Below are positions 13,101 through 26,105 of a stretch of DNA of 64,000 nt, in pieces. Every line of letters starts with the position of its first letter. Position 1 is the stretch's first letter. The position numbers and the translations under genes are program-made. The notes beneath the pieces were generated by a model, which saw nothing but the letters and a program-made list of their open reading frames with translations, made no database searches and was not told the DNA's origin. Source of the stretch: Ophelia neglecta (lineage: Eukaryota); NCBI GenBank assembly GCA_965285935.1, contig OZ260666.1:36084001-36148000 (forward strand), written 5' to 3'.

Positions 13101-16100
13101 TAAGTTGTTTTCATTGGTTGAACGGTAGGGCCTCCGCTTAATCAATCTTACTATGAAGGTTTCCACATGTGAAATTTAAATGTTGTTCAGTGTAATAGTT
13201 ATGACGGAAAATCGTCCTTACTTTTGCATCAAAATCCTAATACGTTTTTATTTATTTACTAATGCTTCTTCAAAATAGCATTGTGTTCGAAGGTAACCTC
13301 GAAAAGAATTAAACTTTAAGTCGTGGTGGTTGAATTCTCGGGCGATTATTAGTGGGTTTTTTATAGCTAGGGGATTGGCATAAGTAACGTTAGACTTACG
13401 AGAACTCACTCAAGGTAAATCTTTGTATCGCGACCTTTTTAACAATTCCCCACATCAATAGCTGGTTCAGAAATCTTAGCGATAATCTGATGGCCTCTGG
13501 CACACTGGTTTTGCCACAAGCTGATAAGAGCATGCGCCATTTTAAATTTAGCTTAATTACTGTCTGTCGCTATTCCGCAGTGAATCATACTTTCTTGCCG
13601 AAAGCGGGTGGTGAAAGTATCGTGAATTTTCTACTGGCAGAGTGGCCTAATAATATTATTTCACTCGCAGGTCAGCCTAAGGTTAGTTCAAATTTCAGTG
13701 TCTATCAAACCTCGCCGTGTACTTTTCGTGCAAGCCACACTGCGCTCATCACCCGTTTTTCCTCCACTGCCTGTATAAAAAAGCCCATACACTGTCTGAC
13801 GAGCTATTTGGTGATCAATTAACCATGGTGGTGTACAAAAAACAGGACGGCATTTATTCTCCAGGCACTAATTGCTGTGGCGCAGATTAAAAAATCCAGC
13901 TGTGCGCCAGAAAACTGTGCTGTTCGGGCAGTATGATTGGTAACACAGTCAAGGTCTGCATGTGCATTAAGTAGGTACAACTGACAAATTACTGCATGGA
14001 TCACGCGAAAAACAGATAGCATCCTTATGTAGCTATGTTGGAATCAAAGCACATTGTCGAATGGACATTTTTATTGTTCCTGTGCGTCTCTGTTCTTAAG
14101 TTATTTGATCGGCTTTTTCGATAATGTTACTTTCGAACAATCATAGCATGGATCGATGATAGTGTGATTGACCATTCTCTAGCAATCTACCGATAACTTG
14201 AGATACATATAACCCCGACAGTAAATATCAGAAATATAAATGAAAGCCAATATAGCCTAATACCAAGATTTATCCTTTTATAAATTATCCCTTTTATAGG
14301 TAATTCATTCCCATGCCGGTTTTCCTGCCGTGGAATAGCTTACGGGTCTGTAAAGGAGTTATACTCTGAGCATTATTATACCTAGTATAGCTGTGTCCTT
14401 TGTCCGACATTCGTGTAGTCCTTTAAAAATACTCTACTCAAGTGCATTTATGTTTTGTGACCATGTATTTTTGACAAAAATCATAAAGGAACTTGTCCTA
14501 TTGGAAGATAATTCTTAGTCTCTGTGTTTCCATACAGCAACGCTCGTTTATTGATGCAAAATCATGCATGTGTGGGTAACTGGTATGAAAGAAATAGGTT
14601 TACATCTTTTGATATTCAATATGCCAGCACGCAGTCAGTATGTGCTAAGCTCGATCATTTACCCCCCATCTTTCGTGTGTCGTAGGCCCGATTTTATTTT
14701 CGCATCTTCTTAATAATCATAATATTAAAAACATATATAGTCCTTGCAGAGTGAAGATGACAATATATGAATAGTAGCAAAATTAATCTAGATCTGGTGG
14801 GTTCGTAGACTAACTGATGTTTATGCTGGTAATATGTAGCAACTTGAAGTTCCAAACAAATGTAAAACACTACTTTCTTTGGAACACCATGATGTGACAC
14901 TGCTTAAGAGGATTCGACTTTTGTCTTTACTTGACAATCTATCTTGTCACCGCACTATATGATTCTATATATTGATAGTAACTTGCAGACCCCAGTCGGC
15001 CAAATAGATTGGTTCACTAATTTAATCACGTTTTTATGTTACTCATTAACACGTCTGTTTCATTTTGGGTAAGTCCATAAACAGCTTATGATATTTACGG
15101 AATATTATTCAACCTACCCAACAACCGCGGTACCAATAAAATATCAAACAGCAAGTTAATGCGTTCGCTCACAATAAATAATTCTCACTTAAATTGTTGA
15201 TTGAGGAATATTGGTAGAATTCCTTAAATAAATGTTACCATCATTCTAAAAGGCTGGCAATGAACAGATAATTTAGATATCCTGGCGCAACTGATTATAG
15301 AGGCATTGACCTACAATGAAGTTAAATCCAGAGAAGGCACATGAATATGTATGTGTGCCAGCGTTACGTTTAAACATAATAGAAACGGAAGAAAGTTTAC
15401 AGTACTTCAAATTCAATAGGTGATATAAAAACTATCTCCAGTAAGCTACACACCTGCTCCAGCAGTTCGTGTTTGTACACAAACTTTATTAACTAGCTGT
15501 TGTTCTTTGACTTGCTAGTTTTTGTAGAGGAAATAACCGATAATTAGTTTTTTTTTCAAAAGTGGCATGTTGTCTGTGTTTATGGTAGTTTCCTAATTAT
15601 TGCCCATTAACGTCGATTACGCTATTCATAGTGAGTGACATATATCTGTTAAGAAGCAATCTCATGTATCTTAGGAAGAAAAGCTATACGATGAAGTTTT
15701 GACAGCCTGTAATTTGTCACCAGCATGTTAAGAGAGGTGTGACCGTGTTACGATTTGTCTTGGCAGAAACAAATTAACGTTATATCATAGGTTCTTTCAA
15801 AAAGTATCCTTACATTTAGGTTGTTTGGCAAAAACCAGCAGAATATTAACTCGAATACAAATAGGCCCCTTAAAAACAGGTCCATCACACATCACAGAAC
15901 ATGCATACACTCTAAGGTAAGGTTATAATGTAATAGCAATAAGTAGCTTCTTGAATAAAAGTGTTGTATATAAATGCAATATGTCAGGCACTTAAAAGTC
16001 ACAATTCTCTTCTTATTACACTAGGCGATCGCGCACGACGTGCCATAAAATTAAAGAAAATGCCAACAACGCGAAAAAGACAATCCCATTTGAATAGAAA

Positions 16101-19100
16101 ATAATAAATTATGTATTCACTCCATAGTAATGAAAATAAGGAAATTAGAGCACATGAATTTTATAGGACCACTCGTCTTTTGCAGTAAACTTTCTTTCGA
16201 GTTAAGATCCTATGCATGTTCAGAGTAAGCAAGTGCCACCAAATATTACTGCATATGACTGCATTCACACTATATGCCAGATTACCAATTGCAAAGCATG
16301 AGACTTCTGTGAAATGCTTTGTAAGAAGTTATGTCGGCAGTATATGCACACTCTTCATGCAGAAGGACTTGTGCTACACTTGTTCTCCTATTCATTTTAA
16401 ATATTTATGAAAAAAAAAATATATATATAAGCCACTTGTCGAAGAACCGACACCTAATTATAGCCTTAAAAGACATGTTACAGCTATCTTGTCCCATGTG
16501 TCAATATGTTTATAGATTGAACAGCTCGTGTAATGAGGTAAGTTCATGGCGGCATTGAAACATGTCGATCTTCTTGATATAACGCATCATATCAAAGAAA
16601 ATGATTGTGACTGTGCCAGCTTTAGGCTTCAAACTGATAGCCACATTGAAAAAGTGACAATTATGCAACTTTCCTGGCATTCTATTTGGATCAAACGACT
16701 GAATGTCAGTTAAGAACGTGATTACAGATCAATATGGCAAAATTTAGCAAATATGACAAGTTTTTAAAAGGTACATTTGTTGTAAGCACGCAGCAACCTA
16801 TTCGATATCAGATTCTTTTTAGCGACTAAAGAAAGATATTTGGCCGACAGCGCGTTTCCTCCATAGCAAAAGGAATGCATCTCGTTAGAATTCTTATAGC
16901 GTAAAGCCAATATCTGCATATGAAGGTGTTAATAAAGATTTGTCAATTTTCATCTTAGGTAGATGACTATTTAACTTACGAGCAGGAGACTATGGGACTC
17001 TCACCTAATTTCATGGTTATAGCCTACACGAAATATGTCCATTTTGTATTTTGACTTTAATATTGAGTTATCTACTCATCTAGACTGGGCTACTTTTCGC
17101 GTTATCTTTTTTACATATAGACTGATGGCTTTTATCTCAACTAAATAAAAGAGATGCGATCAGTTTCTTGCCACATCTGGTCGGGAAGGAAAGGAAATTG
17201 CTTGTTTTGATACCTTTACTTAGAAGCTAATTTAGATAATCAGGGAGAAATATATCATGTACGGAATTGCCGCATATTCTTTGTGCGCAGATGCGTCTTC
17301 GGTTATTTTAATGCAGCGACATCGATTACATGATGCAAGCCTATCATTAGCTTTTTATAGGACAGTTATAGTGGCCAATATAAAGATTTATTCGTGGATG
17401 GAACACAATGGTAGGGTATAAAAAACATTTTTACTTAATTTATGTTCAAATTAAGATTCTTTTTGCATTGTCATTTATTTGAAACATATATCTATTTAAG
17501 AAATCAGTCAAGGTAAATGACGTCGCCATTCCAGACACATCATTGTAATGACATTTTCAACTCAAACGTTTCGACCACAAGTAGCTTTCACTCCTCTCCT
17601 ATATGGTATTCATTTGACAAAACTGTTTATACTAAAGTAATAATACCTGATCTTACGGTTTCTACATGGTATTATATTGTTTAAGCTCAATGTTACTACG
17701 TAACTCAGTACTTCGAGCACCATGCTTTGATCAAAATATTACCCATTTGATTTATTTCTAATGGTCCGAGCATAAAGAGGAAAATTGGAAACATTAAAGA
17801 TTACTTATAATATGGCTGTGAAATCTTGTTTTATGTGCAAGTGTCTTGGTTTGCGGATAGTGTTTACATATATTTTTTTAACTGCATTGTGGTTTGACCA
17901 GTAATTGTAAAGTTTCAATTAAGGACAATGCAATATTTTGAAGTATAGTGAAAAATTGTTTGCACTTGTAGTGATCTCGTGCCTTAACCAGTTAGGTTGC
18001 AGTTTGTGTTTATCCTGGTGATCTAAACGAGGACTAAACTTGTTTAATTTATATTTGTTATGGTTAGGCGGCTTTTGATATGAAGTGGAGGCGCGGAGCC
18101 TTGTGGAGGTCAATCCCGCAATTTGGACAATATAAGAGCTATTAAACCTGTCATTAACCCTTTCCCGAACTCTGAAATCAATTCTGTCGAACGTTCTTCA
18201 TTGTCACTTTTAAATGAGTAAATTGGGTAAAGGAGGGTGGGGGGGGGGGGGGCTGCATGTTAGCCACCTTGGTTATGGACTAGACTGACAGGGTAAAGAA
18301 ACAGACTGCCAGCGCAGGGGGATTTTCCATACGAGACCCTCGAGATCCCCGCGAGACTGACTAGTGATCCCATGATCGTGACTAATTTTGCCTCGCTCAT
18401 TTCTGGGTTAATTTACCGTTTCCTTGGTTATCCACCTCCTACTGAATGATAGTTTGCGACGAAGCACAATGTACCATTCCCAATAAGTATAATAACCCTG
18501 ACTTATGTACACGCAAACGTGAATAACGTGTGTGCACGCAGTTGCTATATGTCAAAACATACATGGCCGACGGCTTGTGCAACCAAACTCTAAGATAGTG
18601 TTATGCATCTGTGACAATAAACGGTCTCTAGTAATCACGTTATAGCAATTAGTTTGCCCCCCATCCTGTCTATTATATCCGCTACCCACAATTACAAACT
18701 GTTTCTGTCTGTCGAACAGCCTGGCAATTAACTTTAATGGCGATTTATTAAATGTACGACTAGGGGGGGGGGGGGTTAAAATTAGCTAATAATGGAAGGT
18801 TAGAAAATTGTTGGTTCTCGGTACATTACTAGGTCAATTCGTGTGAAAACGGTGCTAGCGAAAGGACGTTTTCGATGGTGGCCTGGGAATAAGTTCGTGA
18901 ATTGACTTATAAGCATCACTGTTGTAGAGCCTGCTGGGAAAGGGAAGCTTTGAATTATAAAGGACAAACTATAAAAAAAAAATCACTTTTAGCCTTTCGG
19001 TATTACCAATAACCTTTAAATGATATCCATGTTGAATTGAAGGAAATGCAACTGTACTGACCATATGCCAGTTTTACTAATTTGCCTTTATGGCTTTCAG

Positions 19101-20812
19101 GAAATTCTGTTTGTGAGTGCGGCGTTTATTGTACTATTGACCAACGAAATTACATTTTTCATTATGTGATTTAGGTCAAGCAAGGATGCCAGTAGCTTAA
19201 TTGAATCATTTTCTCGTTTTGACCTTTCAGGATTGTAAGCCAATATCTTAGATAGCGTACCTGGCGCAGTATCACAAAGGAGGTATTAAATCAGACTAAG
19301 GCAAGGGGTCCATTTTATTGTCACCAACGTATAGCAATGGCCTCACTGTATTCACCTGTTCCAAACAGGTTAAACGTGTGGGTTAAAACGCAATGAACAG
19401 GTAGCGCAAGGGATTTGCATTTGTTCGGAAGCAAGGATGAAAATAATCATCGATTTGTCATGGCATTTATATTAAACGAATTTTAGAATCTCTTCTTGGA
19501 ACCTTTTTTTAAAGCATACTTATAGTTATGGAATTAGTGATTGATATTTCGTAGCCCTGCAGCTGAAGCAGATCACTGCAAAAAGATTTATTTCAACAAA
19601 AAATTAACACAATTATTTTTCTCTATGGTTATTGATGGATTTTATCCTATCAACAAACATGTGTGTAATTATGGAATCCCGTAAGCAGATACCTTACTTC
19701 AAAGGCATTCTACTGAAGCGGAATCGGAATATTGGCACACGGAGATATGATAATTTTTAGTTTTTCTCATCAGAAGTGGATACCCAACAGACAAAACTTA
19801 ATCATTAAGGTACAATGTTCCAATAAATGGGTAAGCCATCAGCAGAAACCGCCAACCACAAGCCCACATACGTCAAGTTCCAGCTCCCAAACAACAACTA
19901 AACTAGTTATATAATTATCAGTATCACCAGCAGTGAGAAGTATTCCAATAGAAAACGATCAAATTTAATATCGAAAATATTTCGCATAGGATGAAGATAC
20001 CTGATGTAATTATGACCCCTTATTTTTTTTCTAGAAATCTAGAGCTCTGGGAGATGCTGATTGTGTTTTCTTTCGACCATAAACACAAACGGAATAAATT
20101 AACATATATGTTGATCAAGATATGGATAATTTTTTTCAAACAACGCTTCGGAGATTTAACAAACATATGGCATAAGTAAATTAGCTTGCTAGAGTTATTC
20201 AAAAGTGATAAAGACATGCCAATTGATGAAACAAAGGTAACAGTAACCGAAGCAATTTCTGAGTTAATTTATGTTTTATTTTTTTGCACTAAAGAAATGC
20301 TTTGTACATTGGCTATGATACACATATATCATGCTGATTGTTTTGAAGTAAAATATAATAAACCCTTTTGCGATGCGTGTGTTTTGTTCATTACGTCAAA
20401 CATACATGGAACCTACATCTTACGCTGGGCTTCTTTGTCCATGGAACAAGTAATCGTTGTGTATGACATAAACATTACTGAAACATAAAATTCCTCAGCA
20501 TATTTACAGTAGGTTATACAAAACCCCGACCAGTGCGGCTCAAAATGTACATTTCTTGGCCAACACAGTTTTAGTCTGTCTGTCCTGCGGTTCCCAGGAA
20601 CGTCAATTCTATGTTTCAGGCATAAAGAAGTAGCGATGCGTAATTCACGCACTGGATAATGAAGTCAATGAAAACAAGGTTTTTTTCAACTTTTCAATAG
20701 CGGCACAACATAGCGCCTTTCCCCAGATGATCCTATTACTTTTATAACACTTGATGACTAACTTTTTTTTTCCTGATTTCTAGTACAACACCATGGTTTA
20801 CTTCTACTTTAG

Positions 20813-23800
20813 TCACGTAGCCAAAACATTAAGAAGGATAGCGATCTCAAAAAGAGAAATGGCGTATTTTTTAATAATATCTATTTTGATGGCGCAGTTT
20901 GTGGCCGCATTCGTAATGTCAGGCTTGGCTTCATCACTCGTTTGCGAGTCGGGTAGTCGGTGCTTCTTTGCCTTCCTCCCAGGGTCACTTCCCTCGACTG
21001 CTACTGGCACTTCGGGTTGAATTGTGTAAGATACGTTAGCGCTCCAGTCGGGGTTGTCTACCTTATCCGGCCGAGCAGGCTTTTCAGTTTGATCCTGTGA
21101 CAGTTTCTGAAGTAGACATTCCCTGTCCACCGTATAGGGCAAATACTCGGATGGGGATGCGGACTCTGAAACAAATATAATTAAGGCAAAGTGTGCATAA
21201 TCAATTTCCACACCCAGGCAGGAAACTAGGGAAGAGCCTAGAGCCCGGGGGGGGGGGGGCACTCTGTATATTGAGGTTATTACATATGTGCCGCCGTTTC
21301 GCCCCCCCTTTTTCGACCAATGTAGAATTTCGACCCCCGGTTTTTTACCTACAAGTAGAATTTCGACCCCTGTTTTTAGCATACGAACGACTTTTGACAT
21401 CATGATAAAAAGCCTGTATTCGTCGATCCATAAAGCTAGGTTAAATGTAGAATATTGACCTCTAGAATTTGCTGATGTGTCAATTTCCCCCTATAAATTT
21501 GGTTGAAATGTAGAATTTCGACCCCTATATTTGGTTGAAATATAGAATTTTGACCCCTATATCTGGCTGAAATGTAGAATTTCGACCCCTGTTTTCAGCA
21601 ATTTTGTAGAGTTTGCGCCTGTGATTTGAAGACTGGGTGGCACATATGTACCCATATCCAGACTGAGTGCCCCCCCCGGGGGGGGGGGGGCTAGAGTCAG
21701 TCAGATCAAACATTTCTTCTACTAACAGTAATTAAAATAAATTTTTGTCGGAGAGACAAATGCTCTTTCTTTTTCAATCAGAATTAAAATTGTTTTACTA
21801 TTTTACATGTAGTTTAAGGTGTTTATTTACCATTGGCATGGCACTTGCCGTTCTCACAATATCCGAACCCCTCTTTTATCGGGAAGCAGTCTAAATCTGT
21901 GGAACACGTGTTACCGATTGTGTCTGAAAAATATGAGAACATTCATTTGCGAAAACATTGCTATCAGGATGGCGAAATGGAAAAGAAAAAACATTTTTTT
22001 AAATGACAAATTTCACTGAAATAAACCACATGATACTATCCATAATAAAACTCACTAGGCACACAACTTGAGCCTACAGAGTCATGCATCTGTGAACAGG
22101 TGCAATGTTTGCGTTTGAAGCCATATGAGCTGGCATAAAGGTCACAAACATCCCCACACTGCAGACCCAAGGTACCATCACACACGAACCGCGACTTCAG
22201 AGAACATTTTTGTCCCAATGTCCGTCCTATAACAAATGGTACATCAAGTTGCCTTCAATCGCATTTTTAAAATCAGAACACAGTAAACAAGATGCATTGC
22301 ATATGTAGTTATCTATATATTTAAGAACAAGTTTTCATTTAAGGCCAAATTAATAATGTAGTAGGCCTATAATGTTTTCAATTTGCTGTCAATTTTCATT
22401 TGTTTCCCTCATACTTTTTCTGCACTTTCCCCTAATCAGATGATTGGTTATGAGTCGTTTCACACTTATGTTAGCGAACTGGTGAAAGTGTATCACCTAC
22501 CATGGCCACATTTTGTGCCGAGAATATCGGGGACATGGGATTCACGCTGACATTCACAATAACCACAAGGCCCACAGACAGCGCCACTTCCCTGAATGGC
22601 CGAACATTCCTCGTTGGATTTACAAGGTTCTCCGACTGCCCCTAACGAAAGGTAATAAATGATATGTGATCAGATAATAGTGAATGATGCCTGAAAACTC
22701 GACAAACTTCGGAAAGGTCGAATATGCATTCGCAAAGAGGCAATGAGGGGTACATAGATTTAGGAGTAAAAAGATATTCTTCAAATTTATCACACTGAGA
22801 TTGACCTGTAAATACCCGTATTGTCATCGTATAATTATATGTGCATTTCTATTAAGTTTTAAAGTTTGATAAACATTGATGAACCCATGGTATCTGACAA
22901 ATTGCATTATAAATATCTGTTGTATGACTATTGAAACAAGAAAATTAAATTTCAAGTAAGATAATTTTCTAACTGGCGACGCATTCTTGAGGAGAACTTT
23001 CCACCGCGGCGTAGTCCCAGCGACCGAGGACAAACCTAGACCAGGGAGTTGGCCGATGGTGCGACACCTTACAACCACATATCCCCCGTGCCACCGTCTT
23101 GTTACCTGAATCATAAAGAATTCCTGAAGAAAATGGGTATTAGTTCAACATGTATTCATCATACCTATGATTAATCTTCAACAGTAACACATCCAGGTCG
23201 AAGAGCCGAATATGAATAACACAAGGGTATGGAATGAGCAACTTTGACAGACTGCTTCATGTTGCCATAAACACGTGACGTATGTATAATATAATGCTCA
23301 TATATTAGAGTAAATAGGTATATATGACGATGTAGAAAAGTGACGATACTATGACGGCAAGAAGAATTTGTCAAGTTCATATGACCAGGTCTTCTTTCCA
23401 TACCCCAATTACAAAAACAATGATCTAATTGCCGTAAACTACATTTTACGTCTTATATATGGACTGAAGTACCAAGTTCTGCGAGAGCTTGATCATCGTA
23501 CCACTTTTTAGAAACGGGTGTGGGTATCCGACAGACGCAGAAAAATCCTTTGCCAAACAGAAAATAAACAAGTAATGCAAGAAAAAAAATCATGAAATCT
23601 AGTAGGGTTATTGTTTAAATACTAGGTACTATGGTAACTTTATCGAAAATGTTAAATTGGAATATAAAAGACACGCATAAAAATTGTACAACTATATGAT
23701 GCACCTGATGTGGAGAATAAAATCAAACGATTGACTGTTTGATTCGAAATACCTTAGACGACAGGTATTAAAAACAATAGCTTTGATCAGTTACTATGGA

Positions 23801-26105
23801 AATACAATGTGTTGCGTATATTCAGATAAGATTATATGAATAAAAGCATCAGCGGAAATTTCCTTCCAACGCATTTCGGTAAAACCAAAGTTTTGTATAT
23901 CAGTGGAAAGCCACACTTAAAGCAATATAATTTACAGCCGCATGCTGTTGCTAAATTGAAAGACAACTTTTATATCCAGTATCGAAAATAAAATAAACTG
24001 TAATTCAACGCATAAAAACACAATCCCTGCCCCGTTAGCATGTCAGCATATTGTCGTTAATAATGTCTAGCTTTAATAACAATAACCAACCCTTCAGTGA
24101 TTTACTTGAGGTGAATATATATGTGCATTTTAGATACAAGGGCTTGCATGTAGGCTATAATTTACGTATTTGGATGTGCGTTACCATAGCAACTATAAGC
24201 AAAACTGAAGTATGCATCACGTCTAAATATTCAGCATAAGCATACTCTTCACCTGGAAAATTTTATTCTGATATTGCTATGATAATTGATATCAATTTAA
24301 ATGTACCTGTTCAGATACTGTTTCGTGAATAGGGACAATAGAGATCCCAACTTCATACTTAGGTAACGTTTTCCTAATGTAACGCTTTAGGTAAAAACAC
24401 TATTGGAAAGCTAGGCAATATTTCTACAACAACATGCGATCCATGTTGAACTCAGAACTAAAATAGACAGCAATTTGACACATAAAAGCTCAACATCTGC
24501 TCTTTACCTACAAATAACCGATTGCCTACTACCTGTTTAGCAATGATGTTTTAGTCCATTTAAAAAAATTGGAGATACAAGAGATTTTATTCGGGAGTGC
24601 TACTGAGGTAGCTGAATGCTTTTGTCTATTCGACTAGGGCAAATCAAAGTAGTTTATCGAGGGAAAATGTTAACCATACATAGTTATACTATTGTTGAAT
24701 GATTCAAGCTGGTATCACACTTTGATCAATTTGGCTAAGTCTCTCACTTATCCGCTACCCTAAATACCTTGTGATTTTGCTGAAAACAGACACAACTACT
24801 TTCAACTATATCCGGAAGTTCGCATAACAATGTAAGAGAGATTAGTGTTTTACATCCATCATTGATGGTTCAACAATAGGAAGCATCATCATGGCTAACG
24901 GCTGAGCAAAACAAATGAAGCTTGACAAATATTTTGAGGAAGCATAAACATCTCCCATGTCAAGTTCAATGTTTGAAATAAAACGCAATCTTTTATACTT
25001 GGAACCCCTAAGAACTATCATTTGCATAAAAACAACATAAATGGTAGCCCTAGTTTGTACTATTTATTTTACCTTCTTCTTGTTGCTCGGCACCCAGGGG
25101 TAATATACAGATAAAGCCAAGTCTGTCATCACAGGGTCTCCAAGTGTCACAAGCTTCTCCGTATCTCACTGGACGGCAGTGGGTACCATATCTTGATGAG
25201 AAATGTATCATGGCATTAAAGAAAAGAAATTACATTAATACACATTTTATAATGAATGCATATATATATACATGTATATGTTTGAGTGTGTGGGTGTGTG
25301 TGTGTATGTACTTTGCATTTTGCCTTCAACAAGGTACACGTACCTTAGCCTTTGTGTTCTGTTAAGTACTCGTTTGTGCGACACTTCCGCACTGATGATA
25401 CGGATATGTTTCGAGATATCCTACTACCGGAAGTTCATAATATTAAGACAAAATCATCTCTATGGCTATTACATTATTATCGATCAATACCTCATTAATA
25501 AACATAAAAGATAATTGGCCAGCTGCTTACCTTTCATTCGGGACAAGTCCGTCTCTGCAAACACACACTCTCTCTTGACAGACACTCTGATAAGGACACT
25601 GCTCATCTCTCCCGCAAGCGTCACCAACTCTGGGATGATATACAAATCCTGAAATGAGTTTTTTCTCAACGATTGATGTTTTATCCCACAATGTAGACTA
25701 CAGGATGTTTCCATATTAAAAGCGAGATTTCAAGCTAAAATTTGCTGTCAGCATTTCGAGCTACTTGCGTATTCCAAAAACCTATAGTTTGCTGTCACTT
25801 TATAATGCATACTGATCTTATAGCGTTAAAAATCAAACAGAAAAGCATCGTCGGCTTTGACATTTCTTACTTGGATTGCAGATCTCAGTGAGAATTCCCC
25901 CGTCGTAGAGTTTGTCGAGGACAGTGCCGTTCTTACAAAGACAGCGAGGGCATTCATCCTTGTAACAGAGTGCTCCTGGCGGGCAGTCGTTATCATCAAC
26001 ACACCGGGATACCTCCCGGCTAAGGACTGCACCAAGCCATACCCCCGTCATGGCAAGCAACAGGCTGGCAAACAGCATGTTAAACTGAAAAGGACGAAGA
26101 GACAT
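20813..26105 (-). CDS. Secreted Cys-rich EB-module/EGF-like repeat protein, probably GPI-anchored (428 aa, 7 exons)
   Basis: Exons 25871-26105, 25531-25648, 25073-25191, 22974-23123, 22501-22641, 22056-22226, 20813-21165. Phases 1,2,1,1,1,1 all match; total 1287 nt = 428 aa + stop. N-terminal signal peptide (MLFASLLLAMTGVWLG). Modules such as VGDACGRDEQCPYQSVCQERVCVCRDG and VGEPCKSNEECSAIQGSGAVCGPCGYCEC, then a polar stalk and a terminal hydrophobic tail after TNAATN. Confidence 0.88.
21244..21690. mobile_element. Non-autonomous TIR element with CCCGGGG termini, in the last intron of the EB gene
   Basis: TIR cccgggg...gcactc / gagtgcccc...cggg; about 6 internal gtagaatttcgacccc repeats; ctagag direct repeat at 21238-21243 and 21691-21696. 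Confidence 0.8.

Noticed and set aside
12664-13166. ORFs of 101-138 aa
   Set aside because: They overlap C-runs and MITE-end-like motifs (cctaaatccgctactg, cctggattcgccgctg); no protein-like motifs or splice chain.
21166-21403. N-terminal part of ORF 20813-21403
   Set aside because: Intron and MITE sequence; the real exon starts at the acceptor at 21165.
24745-24805. Possible extra Cys-containing exon (ESSCVCFQQ) of the EB gene
   Set aside because: Available donors are not phase-compatible with the next exon, and the model is complete without it.
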